A DNA stretch of 63,203 bases, filler included, from Octopus bimaculoides (taxonomy: Eukaryota), in NCBI RefSeq assembly GCF_001194135.2. It is 6 parts of 6 records of this genome, joined end to end, with 100 filler letters (N's around TTAATTAATTAA, not from the genome) between each part and the next. Parts side by side here need not be neighbours in the genome. Positions count along the whole stretch, not along the records: positions 7,086 to 24,164 come from NC_069008.1; positions 24,265 to 33,986 come from NC_068982.1; positions 34,087 to 42,392 come from NC_068994.1; 3 more parts are not named here. One strand, given 5' to 3'. Both the position numbers and the translations under genes were made by a program. Shown here in pieces: positions 23,341 to 34,752 of this stretch. The notes under the pieces are model-generated. The model saw only the letters and a program-made list of their open reading frames with translations. It searched no databases and was not told where the DNA came from. The first letter of the stretch is position 1; the number at the start of each line of letters is the position of its first letter.

Positions 23341-23856
23341 AGGTATATCGTTGATGCATAACACTAGAACATACCATTGGAATATACCATTTCTACAGAC
23401 CATATCAGTACATACCATACTGGTACACGCCGTTCGTATCTTGCTTTGGTACATACCATTGGTACATATCACTTTTGCATACATTTCGTATGTACTACAG
23501 GTGTGTATCACCTGTACAGAGAGACGACCTCATTTTCCGGTTGGCTGAGCAGCTAATGCGAGCATGAAATATTGAGGAAGCAACCTTGTTCGCCACCCTC
23601 CATCTCTCCACTTCCTATGTCGATAAATCTTTTACCATCAGCCGTTTTCCGTTGTACCTGAAATTCGATATCGTAATTTTGATTGTGTCATCTTCTTTTG
23701 GTGTTGCTCGGATATCGTAACCAGACAATGACTTTTGATACATGCCACACGTGATAGGCTTGGTGTTCATGTTGTTGTTGTTGTTGTAATTGTTAGGAAA
23801 TAATCGTGTGCTTGTACATACGTACATACATACATACATACATACATACGTACGTA

Positions 23857-23908
<52 letters not shown>

Positions 23909-24440
23909 CACATATTTATGTATGTATGTATGTATGTATGTATCTATCTATCTTCGAAACGTCTAGTTAGAATAGAGGCAGCTGACGAAGGATTAATTCC
24001 AAGTGGCTATCTGTTTTCCTATGTGTTCGTTCCGTGGTCTGTAGTTCATTGTTCTAACGTCCTGTACCCTGATATGCATCTCTATACACATGTAGATGTA
24101 TGTACATATATGTGTGTATACATGCATATATATTCTTTGTAATATATATATATATATATATATANNNNNNNNNNNNNNNNNNNNNNNNNNNNNNNNNNNN
24201 NNNNNNNNTTAATTAATTAANNNNNNNNNNNNNNNNNNNNNNNNNNNNNNNNNNNNNNNNNNNNGTACATTCCTACAACAACGTTTTCTTTACGTGCTAT
24301 AAAGGCAGAAGTAAATCTGCCTCCAACTTAGTAGTGCGCCTGCGTTTCGCTTATTTTTGTGTGTTTTACTACATAAACGTCACCAACTGCCTACCCTGAG
24401 TAATTACTGAAGGCACATGCCTGATACATACATACATACA

Positions 24441-24471
<31 letters not shown>

Positions 24472-24473
<2 letters not shown>

Positions 24474-24631
24474 GTATGTGGCTATGTGGTAAAATGCTTG
24501 CTTCCCAACCACATTATTCCGTATTCAGTCCCACAGTGTGGAACATTGGGCAAGTGTCTTCTACTATAGCCTCGAGCCGGCCAAAGCCTGGTGAGTGGAT
24601 TTCGTTAACGGAAACTGAAAGAAGCCCGTCG

Positions 24632-24635
<4 letters not shown>
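24472..24635 (+). mobile_element. tRNA-derived SINE family A (representative copy)
   Basis: GTGGCTATGTGGTAA head, CAGTCCCAC B-box region, ends GAAACTGAAAGAAGCCCGTCGTATA. Other copies at about 2458-2575 (+), 30402-30484 (+), 40633-40800 (+), 44765-44928 (-), 49320-49452 (+), and a head only at about 17378-17400. Confidence 0.85.
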
Positions 24636-24689
<54 letters not shown>

Positions 24690-25186
24690 TGTGTGTGTGA
24701 AGGCGCGTGGTTTAATGGTTAGGGNNNNNNNNNNNNNNNNNNNNNNNNNNNNNNNNNNNNNNNNNNNNNNNNNNNNNNNNNNNNNNNNNNNNNNNNNNNN
24801 NNNNNNNNNNNNNNNNNNNNNNNNNNNNNNNNNNNNNNNNNNNNNNNNNNNNNNNNNNNNNNNNNNNNNNNNNNNNNNNNNNNNNNNNNNNNNNNNNNNN
24901 NNNNNNNNNNNNNNNNNNNNNNNNNNNNNNNNNNNNNNNNNNNNNNNNNNNNNNNNNNNNNNNNNNNNNNNNNNNNNNNNNNNNNNNNNNNNNNNNNNNN
25001 NNNNNNNNNNNNNNNNNNNNNNNNNNNNNNNNNNNNNNNNNNNNNNNNNNNNNNNNNNNNNNNNNNNNNNNNNNNNNNNNNNNNNNNNNNNNNNNNNNNN
25101 NNNNNNNNNNNNNNNNNNNNNNNNNNNNNNNNNNNNNNNNNNNNNNNNNNNNNNNNNNNNNNNNNNNNNNNNNNNNNNNNNNNNNN

Positions 25187-25231
<45 letters not shown>

Positions 25232-25419
25232 CATTATTTACTATATATAAATACACACTCACACGACGGTACCCATCATTTAGTTAGATTTATTGATTAA
25301 ATACCATACACAAATTTCATTTGCTCAAACACATTGTTTTTGTTCTAGATTCCTATAGTTCTTAAAAAACCTCTAATCTTAAAAAACCTCTAATTTTTAT
25401 ATTTTTGTCATTTACATAG

Positions 25420-26160
25420 GTTCCTCTGCTACGATCTATATGGGTGCTTTTATGCACCTAGCGCCTGTATGAGAGGTTCTCTCAAGTCCAATACCGCAGT
25501 ATACGGTGTTCTATCAAGATATAAAGATTGCCTTTTGGTACGAATACTGCTTCCGTCGCTAATACTTTAATTTCTAATAAACCTGCTGACTATTTGCAAC
25601 AGCAGCGTCTGAAAAGATGCTGATATTCTATATATTGTAGCAGCAAGATTAGCCTTGTATTAAGTAATCGAACACCACCCACTGACGATGTCCAGTACAC
25701 TGAAATCACGGCATATGAGAGTCCCAGCGCCCATAATAGACGATTGTCGTCTGCTATGATCTATGTTTGTGCTTTTATGTACCAAGCGACTATATGAGAA
25801 GTAATCTCAAGGATAATAATGCATTATACGATGCTTTAAAAAGATATCCAAGTGAAGTTGGATATAAAGATTGCCTGATACTTTTTAAATCGCTAATAAT
25901 TTGTTTTTGATAAGCTTACTGGCTATTTGAAACATAAGTGTCTGAAAAGATACTGATATTCTATATATCGTAGCAGTGAGATTTGCCTGGTATGCAGTGA
26001 TCAAACGCCTTCCACTGATAATATCCAGTACACTGAAATCAAGGGATATGAGAGTTCCGGCGCCCATAAAAGAGATTCTCGTCTGTTACAATCTATATCT
26101 GTGCTTTTATGTACCAAGTGCCTATATGAGAATTTCTCCCAAAACTAAAAATGCAGTATT
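25420..26160. repeat. Diverged tandem repeat, period about 325-332 bp, about 2.3 copies
   Basis: GTGCTTTTATG anchor at 25444, 25769 and 26101; CTGATATTCTATATAT and CCAGTACACTGAAATCA blocks recur at the same spacing. Confidence 0.85.
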
Positions 26161-26667
26161 CGATATTCTGACAAGACATCCACGTTAAGTTAGATATAAT
26201 GATTGCTGTTTTAACTAAACTAATTTCTCTTTCTAGTTTCCTTATCTCACTAAACGTTCACTATCTTCAATCTAGTAACAAAGTGATTTTCCATCAAGCA
26301 ATTAGTTTCTTTTTCTATATTTGCCAATTCATTTCTTCCACGTCTTCGAATTCAAGTCTTTCAAATATATCTTTCATATATATCAATTTAATATAAGTTA
26401 ACTCTATTCTTTATTCTTCAAATATATGGAATGTTTTTTTCTACCTGTCCATCATTCCGCCCACTCATTCTGAGCCAAAGTTTACCACCTCTCCTTTGAC
26501 TATTCTTCAACTTATCCATTATTTATTGAGAATTCTTCATCTGCACTTGAATACTTCAAAAATTTCCATTAGGAATGAAACAGACTGAAGCCTCTAAGCA
26601 TTTATTTCGAATTAATGTTTTAATTCAGCTAACTATGTTTTTAGTACATTATTTTGGTCATAATTTC

Positions 26668-27115
26668 TGATCTACTAATCACAAACCTTAAGCTGAAAGT
26701 AAAGAAATCATTACATCATTTATTTTAATTTATATTCTTTCAACTATAAATAGCTTCCTGACTCTCTGCTCTAAAACAACGCAACTATTTTATCATATTA
26801 TTATGTTAATTCTTTTATTTTTGCGAACTGTAAAAATATAAAGTATAAAGTAGAGTCATCGTTAAACAATCTGCACATGAACGTTTCGACATTGCTTCTA
26901 TCTTTAGTGCAGATTGTTTAACGATGACTCTACTTTATACTTTATATTTTTACAGTTCGCAAAAATAAAAGAATTAACATAATAATATGATAAAATAGTT
27001 GCGTTGTTTTAGAGCAGAGAGTCAGGAAGCTATTTATAGTTGAAAGAATATAAATTAAAATAAATGATGTAATGATTTCTTTACTTTCAGCTTAAGGTTT
27101 GTGATTAGTAGATCA
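26668..27115. repeat. Perfect long inverted repeat: 209-bp arms, 30-bp spacer
   Basis: 26668-26876 is the reverse complement of 26907-27115 with no mismatch seen by eye; spacer ATGAACGTTTCGACATTGCTTCTATCTTTA. Confidence 0.95.
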
Positions 27116-27987
27116 AAAATTCAAATAGGGGACGAGATACCTTGTGATGATTTCCATTTAGATTTTTTCTTCAATTTCATTTATTCTGAATATGTACTTG
27201 AGGGGTAGACATAGTTCCAAGCCAATTTTTGACAGCCGTCTGAAAGCTATGTATACCGCAACTTTGAATGCGTGTATGAGAACTTTATACAAGTAATAGT
27301 TAGGTGGTTCGTTCATTTTCCTTGTGTAGGTATTTTTTAAATGTATTTAGTAATATTTCTATATCTGCTGACGGATAGGTTCAACATAAAATAAAAAAAC
27401 TAAATGAACTCACCCCAGAAAATAGTCATGTTGTGAACAAAGGAATTTTAATTACTATATTCATTCATGTTCTTATACAATGATGGCGTTGCAGCTGTCA
27501 GCTTTCTGATGGCAGCTAGAAAAATGGGCACGAAACCATGTGTATGTGTCCTTAAGAATATACATAGATATTTTGAAACTAAGTAAAAAATGGAAAATTT
27601 TTGCGAAAATATGTAGTCCAATATTTGAATTATATATTGAAATTAACCATTTGGCGACCACATGTTTAATAAACATATAAAGCGGGTGATGTAGCTACAA
27701 GTCTTTCAGCATGTCAGGGAAGGAGTCCTAGCTGGGAAATAGTTTAGATGAAACTTTGGTGACATCCATTTACATAACTCAGTTACTTTCCCTGTTTCCA
27801 GCGATTCAGTACTGACCACTACTATATGATTAAGATCAACAAGATCAGGTTGGTCCTCGGTTTGGCCTCTGTCGGAGTTCAATGTTGACATTGTGTATCA
27901 ATTCATTGGTCGGCTGACTCAGTGTATATGGGATGAAAACTGAAAATTAGTTACGATAATCTATGTATATAGTTAGCAGAATGCCTC

Positions 27988-28033
<46 letters not shown>

Positions 28034-28186
28034 NNNNNNNNNNAACATCCACCCCTAGGGGTCAGCCACACTTAAGTGGCAATATACTACATAAATATAA
28101 ATTTAAATATATATATATATATATGCACACACACACAAATATAGGGATACGTAAAAACATACACACACACACGCACACACATATAT

Positions 28187-28520
28187 AGGCGCCTGGCTCG
28201 GTCGTTAAAGTGTCGGACTCACTATCATGAGGTAGCGAGTTCGATTCTCGGACTAGGCTGTGTGTTGTCTCCTCGAACAAGACATTTTTCTCACGTTGCT
28301 CCACTTCACTCACCTGTAGAAATGGGTTGCAACGTCAGCGGTGCCAAGCTCCATAGGCCCCTTCGCATTTGCCTTGGAGAACATCGGTGGCATGGTGAGG
28401 AGAGGTTGGTATGCATAGGCGACTGGTGGTCTTCCATAAACAACCTTACCCGGACTTGTGCCTCGGAGAAGAACTTTCTAGGTGCATTCCATGATCATTC
28501 ATGACCGAAAAGGCTCTTTA
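28187..28520 (+). mobile_element. tRNA-derived SINE family E
   Basis: tRNA-like head with B-box GAGTTCGATTC. Related heads at about 60820-61110 (+) and 45740-45860 (-). Confidence 0.7.
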
Positions 28521-29555
28521 CCCTGTGTATACACACGTACACTCACACACACATGCTCATATGGTCATATATCAGGATATCAAGCAATTCTAATTATAAG
28601 TTTGTTCATTTGTGTTTGAATTCGACCTAAACAACAAGAAGTTTCCTCAACAATGGAGAGATCTTCTTGAGCCTTTAGCTGAGAGAGCTATTTCAGAGTC
28701 AGGTAAGAAAGTGAGTTCTGTTCAATTATCGAAGAAATCATATGAAAATAAAATAAAATAAGGTGAAAGCTAAAACGACAAAGTCAAAAAAAATGATTCA
28801 CTTTTCGTATAATAAAAAATAAAATTAATATTCACCCAGTCCAAAACTGTGTTAAAGTGAAATCGCGCATCGTGCAAACTGAGTGAACGTTGTATAAAAG
28901 TACAAAACACAAAAATAATAATTTTTATATTGAAATACGCAAATTACTAGAAAGAAAATTCTTTAGGAAGGTTTCATTAAGTCTTATAGTTTGCAAAACG
29001 GCAATAAAAAGATTTAGTTAATGAACAATTCTTAGCAGCAATACCATCAATATTCCCATGGGGAAATATTTCTTCCTCTTGAATTCCATTCATTATTTCT
29101 CTAGGTTATCTACGGTCAGTCTGAAGTAATTAAGCAATTAGATAATAATGGAAATTATTATTTTATAGTTATTATCCGTATTATCATTTTATTCTAATGC
29201 ATCACATAATTTGTATTAATGCGGGTGTTTTATATATTTTAATTGCAATCAGATTTTTAGGTTTTTGCCAATGTCCTGAATATGAAACTAGGTCAAATTC
29301 TGTTCCGTTCCTCTTCTATGAGTTTAGTTTTTTTGTTTATTAATTTGTATTCAGTAATCAATATACCGGACTGAATCCCTCTAGGCTCTACATCAACTAA
29401 AATAATTAGCTGGAAAAAATCCAATCAAGGGCACTGTTTTGTATGCCCCTATTCAACAGTATATCTCTTTTTAGTCTTCTATTTTAACATAATTGTTTCA
29501 CTGTGTGTGTGTATGCGTGTGTGTGTGTGTGTGCGTGTGTGTGTGNNNNNNNNNN

Positions 29556-29596
<41 letters not shown>

Positions 29597-30546
29597 ATAT
29601 GCAGAGACTATAAGAGAATAAGAGAAAGGAACTGACACTGAAAGAGGGGAAGACAGAGAGCGAGACGAACATATATAAATAAAAGCATATATATAGATCA
29701 GTGTGTATGTATAATGTCACAATTTTATTAATGTGTGCTGTTAAATTTCAGAACGTTTTTCGTATCTTTGTATATCAACTTTGAATGCGTATGTATTTTT
29801 GTATATGTTTGTATGCGGGCACAAATGTGTACGTTCATCTGTCCGTCTAAATGTATGTATGTATGTATGTACGTACGACTGTCTGTATGTATATATGTTT
29901 GTCTATGTTTGTATGTGTTTGCTAAATCTCCTTTTCCATCCCACTCTCTACTCCGTTACCCATTTATTTCCCTGCCAATCAACTAAGTGGTTTGGTCTAC
30001 TGGTGTCATTTGCATTTCTCTGCAGTCATAAGCAGATCAAGCACCAGCAACATAACGGCCGTCTTCACAACCACAACTACAACCACTATAGTCAGAAGCA
30101 CTGCGTCACCATCAGCATAATCATAACCATCACGGTCACCAATATCATTACCATGAACCAGCAATAACGTCTCTCACGCCACCAAGAACATCCTCAACCT
30201 CGCCACCGGCACCACCGGCACCACTGGCACTTCCGCCTTCACTGCTACCGCTATCACTGGCATTAACACCGCCACTGCCACCGCCACCGGCAGTAACACT
30301 ACCACCACAAACATCGACAGAACCACAATCAACAACAGCAACAACACCACCGCCAGCATCGACTATAACAGCATCACCAACACAGCCACAACATCACCAG
30401 ACGCAGGTGTGGCCGTGTGGTAAGACGCTTACTTCCCAACCAGATGGTTCCGGGTTCCGCCCTACTGCGCAGCAATTTGGTCAANNNNNNNNNNACAACA
30501 TCGAAAAATACCTTAGGAATGAGAACCCAGGTTCGAAATTTCTCAA

Positions 30547-30592
30547 GAGACCTGATGAAAACTGGAGGGTAAATCAGCCGAAACGTTGTGTT
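30547..30592 (+). ncRNA. Degenerate minimal hammerhead motif in a different short repeat
   Basis: Canonical CTGATGA (30552-30558) and GAAAC-GTT (30580-30587); stems I and II each carry mismatches. Confidence 0.42.
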
Positions 30593-32229
30593 TAACAACA
30601 AACGAGATGAGGACAAATATCCGTCAAATGTAAATAACGTATCACTAGTTTGGTTGACCAGTTTGTGCAAAAGTAAAATATTAAACTTTACAATACATAA
30701 ACAATCTTAGTAAAGCATCTTCTAGAATATACTTATCTTTTCCTTTGGATTTTCAAAATAATCAATGATATTAAGCTTTAATTTAGCTGTCATTGTGACC
30801 ATAAATCTAATTGATCATACAAAAGTGTAGCCAATAGTTATATCAAACTTTAGGTCGTTATCAATGAACTGAAAGTTTTTATACACCCACTATAAAGTGA
30901 TGCATGTGCAATGCTTCATAAACAAAGCTAAAAATAGTTTTAAGAAAGATTTTCTTTTTTAAAAATTATAAATGTTTGAAACAAGCAGCAGTTTGGTTTA
31001 TGAGCAAGCAGGTGTTGTAAGAGTTTGCTTAAAGTCAGTTTGGCAAGATTTAAATTCATGAAAAATGCCCTTTGGTAAAAGTGACATTGATGAATGTGTA
31101 GGAAGAGAGGTTGTAGGAACTTAATTCTGTGTACATACTGCCAACAGTGGAACTACAAAAGGTAATTAATATTGTTGCTGCACCAGATGTTTTTGTACTA
31201 AAACGACGGAAGAACAACATATCTATCACTTTCTAGCTGACTACCTTACTCATTGTATTGCAGCAGAGCAGCCAATACTATTCTCTCTTTCTCTCTCTCG
31301 CTTTCCCGTATATCTGTATTCTTTTATTCTTTTACTTAGTTCAGTAATCTGATTGCGGCCATGATGGAGCACCGCCTTTACGGGTTTTAGTCGAACAAAT
31401 CGACCCCAGGATCTATTTTGTTAAAGCCTAGTACTTATTCTATCGGTCTCTTTTTGCCTAACCGACAAATTACGGGGACATAAACGTACAAACAACGATT
31501 GTCAAGCGGTGATGGGGGGACAAACTGACACAAGACGCATTTAAATAGTTATATATAAGTATNNNNNNNNNNNNNNNNNNNNNNNNNNNNNNNNNNNNNN
31601 NNNNNNNNNNNNNNNNNNNNNNNNNNNNNNNNNNNNNNNNNNNNNNNNNNNNNNNNNNNNNNACTGCCGCTGTCACTGTTAATCTCATTATACGAGCAAC
31701 TAGTAAAATCGCCATCACTAACATAATAACTGACTCAGAAACCAATACAATCACTGCTATGTTCCTTTAAACAAACATTACCACCGTCTCCACGCCTGCC
31801 TCAACAGTTAGCACTTTATAGATTAGCATTGCCATTAACTCCTTNNNNNNNNNNCATTACCACCGTCTCCACGCCTGCCTCAACAGTTAGCACTTTATAG
31901 ATTAGCATTGCCATTAACTCCTTTAGCATTATTTAGAAGCCCCAACCCACTTTAAGCAGTATTGCGTTTGAACTGCATTATTCAATGATCTGACCGTTTT
32001 TGCGACTGCATCAGGTTAAATCGAACTAGATTGGCTACTATTTCTAACTGGCCGATTTCACCCCCCACCCCACAACCCACACGCGCACACGCTCGCACAC
32101 ATACATAGATACGTATGTATGTATGTATGCATATGGAGGCGTATGTGTGTATATATACATATATATATATATACATTCGCCATGATAGATTGCTGACCAC
32201 TACACACATTTTTTCTCTCTCTCCTTGTT

Positions 32230-32267
32230 TCTTTCTGTGGAAGAGCGTAAGCTCGAAACGTTAAAGA
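32230..32267 (+). ncRNA. Candidate minimal type-I hammerhead ribozyme (variant core)
   Basis: TCTTT-CTGTGGA-A-GAGC-GTAA-GCTC-GAAA-C-GTT-AAAGA: 5-bp stem I, 4-bp stem II, palindromic ACGT in place of helix III. The core has U at conserved A6. Confidence 0.55.
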
Positions 32268-33199
32268 CTTTCTCAATTCCCGAGTGTTATACTAATACAT
32301 CTATTTGTTTTCTACACCACACCACCTGTCTTCGTCTGTTGTTTTTATTTTGTGTATTCTCNNNNNNNNNNNNNNNNNNNNNNNNNNNNNNNNNNNNNNN
32401 NNNNNNNNNNNNNNNNNNNNNNNNNNNNNNNNNNNNNNNNNNNNNNNNNNNNNNNNNNNNNNNNNNNNNNNNNNNNNNNNNNNNNNNNNNNNNNNNNNNN
32501 NNNNNNNNNNNNNNNNNNNNNNNNNNNNNNNNNNNNNNNNNNNNNNNNNNNNNNNNNNNNNNNNNNNNNNNNNNNNNNNNNNNNNNNNNNNNNNNNNNNN
32601 NNNNNNNNNNNNNNNNNNNNNNNNNNNNNNNNNNNNNNNNNNNNNNNNNNNNNNNNNNNNNNNNNNNNNNNNNNNNNNNNNNNNNNNNNNNNNNNNNNNN
32701 NNNNNNNNNNNNNNNNNNNNNNNNNNNNNNNNNNNNNNNNNNNNNNNNNNNNNNNNNNNNNNNNNNNNNNNNNNNNNNNNNNNNNNNNNNNNNNNNNNNN
32801 NNNNNNNNNNNNNNNNNNNNNNNNNNNNNNNNNNNNNNNNNNNNNNNNNNNNNNNNNNNNNNNNNNNNNNNNNNNNNNNNNNNNNNNNNNNNNNNNNNNN
32901 NNNNNNNNNNNNNNNNNNNNNNNNNNNNNNNNNNNNNNNNNNNNNNNNNNNNNNNNNNNNNNNNNNNNNNNNNNNNNNNNNNNNNNNNNNNNNNNNNNNN
33001 NNNNNNNNNNNNNNNNNNNNNNNNNNNNNNNNNNNNNNNNNNNNNNNNNNNNNNNNNNNNNNNNNNNNNNNNNNNNNNNNNNNNNNNNNNNNNNNNNNNN
33101 NNNNNNNNNNNNNNNNNNNNNNNNNNNNNNNNNNNNNNNNNNNNNNNNNNNNNNNNNNNNNNNNNNNNNNNNNNNNNNTATATATATATATATATATAT

Positions 33200-33986
33200 G
33201 GTGCGATGAGTAAATTGTCGCCATTTTATATTTTTAATTTCACACATGCACATTGTTTTTGATTTTGTCCACTACTCAGCATAGTAGAGTCAGTTAGGCA
33301 CCGTCTGTGAGTAAAACAGTACCATGACACAATTCACTCTGCCAGAAATTTGCAAACGACATGCTGTACTGCTTGGCATTCGCGCCGGAAACTCCAGTAT
33401 AAACAGATGGTGAACACACAGAACAATCGTTGGCTTGTCGTGACCCCAAACCATATACCAAAAGCGATAAACATCAAACATCCAGTCAACATCAAGGTGT
33501 TTGGAGTGATCACTAGTGATGGCGACGTTATGCCTACATTCATCTTCCCACACGGCCTCACATTCAACACGGAGGCCTCCATCAAGTGCCTCGAGGAGGT
33601 GGTGCTGCCTGTGCCAAGAGGGTGGCTACGAGAAGATCCTATGTATGACAACAGGGCTCTGCACCATACCACACAAGCAGGACTGTCAGGAAACTTTTGC
33701 GGCAACATCATCCCTAACAACTGGCCACTTAACTCCAGAGACTGCAATCCCTTGATTATTATGTGTGGGGCGCACTTGAGCGAGAGACCAACAAAACTCC
33801 TTGTAACATCAAAGAGGAACTGAAGGCAAAAGAGTTGCAGGAGATTCCGAAGTCGTCTTGAAGGCCCTGGTTGAAACCAATGGCGATTTTATTGAATAAA
33901 TTTACTCTTTAGTATTTCTAGATATTTTTATGAAATTTTGGTAAGTATATCTGTGAAAATGAGTTGTCAGTGTTGTTTTCATTTTT
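33200..33986 (+). mobile_element. Tc1/mariner-superfamily (maT/DD37D-like) transposase remnant
   Basis: KHPVNIKVFGVITSDGDVMPTFIFPHGLTFNTEASIKCLEEVVLP...WPLNSRDCNPL (degenerate WPPNSPDCNPL). Confidence 0.85.
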
Positions 33987-34124
33987 NNNNNNNNNNNNNN
34001 NNNNNNNNNNNNNNNNNNNNNNNNNNNNNNTTAATTAATTAANNNNNNNNNNNNNNNNNNNNNNNNNNNNNNNNNNNNNNNNNNNNTATATATATTTAAA
34101 ATTTTATATACCAGTGTAAAATTA

Positions 34125-34752
34125 CTTCAGGTAACGATGTATTTGTTTTATTTAGGCAGTTCATCTTCTCAGTTATCTAAAAGAATTTCTAATCATTACT
34201 CTACATTTAAGGATAGGAATAAACGTAACAGTAAATTAATTTGGTATCTAAAAGACCATAATAAACAATTTAATTTAGATTTGTTGATTCTCTCAATTTC
34301 GATCCCTTATGATAAAGGCAAGGAATTCTGTCTTCTCTGTAATTCTGAACTATTTTTTATTCTTTTTTCTAAAAATCCCCTTATAAACACGGTTATAGAG
34401 CGCGTATACTAATGTAAACATTGGCAGAAACACGCCTTTAGTTCATATAAGTGATATCTATCATTATATATAATTTAAACATTAATTTTCTTCTTACATT
34501 TCACATTCACTAGATATATCTTTTCCCAAGACTTTAGGGTTTTATTTAATTTACATATCGTTATATATCTCTCATTTATTTGGTTTTTTCTTTCCTTTAC
34601 TCCTCCTTTTTCTATAGGCTACCTTTGGCGTTATATCCTCTAACATTAAAAAAAACCCAACTTAATACCGTTCAGTTCATCACTATACATATCCATCATA
34701 TTCTGTTAAAATATCTTATTGATGAGTTTCATTTCTGCATTTCCCTGAGGAG
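34125..34752 (+). mobile_element. Decayed Penelope-like GIY-YIG C-terminus and 3-prime tail
   Basis: YLGSSSSQLSKRISNHYSTFKD...SKLIWYLKD...YDKGKEFCLLCNSE...LIN; the tail ends in CTGAGGAG at an N gap. Confidence 0.72.

Noticed and set aside
23520-23790. Possible LINE ORF1 fragment on minus (KPITCGMYQK...)
   Set aside because: No diagnostic motif intact; cannot be assigned.
23956-24000. GAAACGTC followed by CTGACGA-A-GGA-TTAAT-TCC, a possible permuted hammerhead
   Set aside because: The half-cores are in reversed order and I could not form stem I or a closing stem II. At best these are pieces of two adjacent decayed units.
26200-26600. Purine-rich minus-strand frame with several TGA codons in Trp-like contexts (mitochondrial insert or alternative code?)
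   Set aside because: It also has TAG stops and resembles no mitochondrial protein I recognise; more likely a decayed TE.
27200-27545. Degenerate inverted repeats suggesting an old MITE
   Set aside because: Similarity is too patchy to define ends or a TSD by eye.
31777-31923. Exact duplication of about 68 bp around a 10-N gap (similar case at about 45870-46020)
   Set aside because: Typical unmerged contig overlap; assembly artefact.
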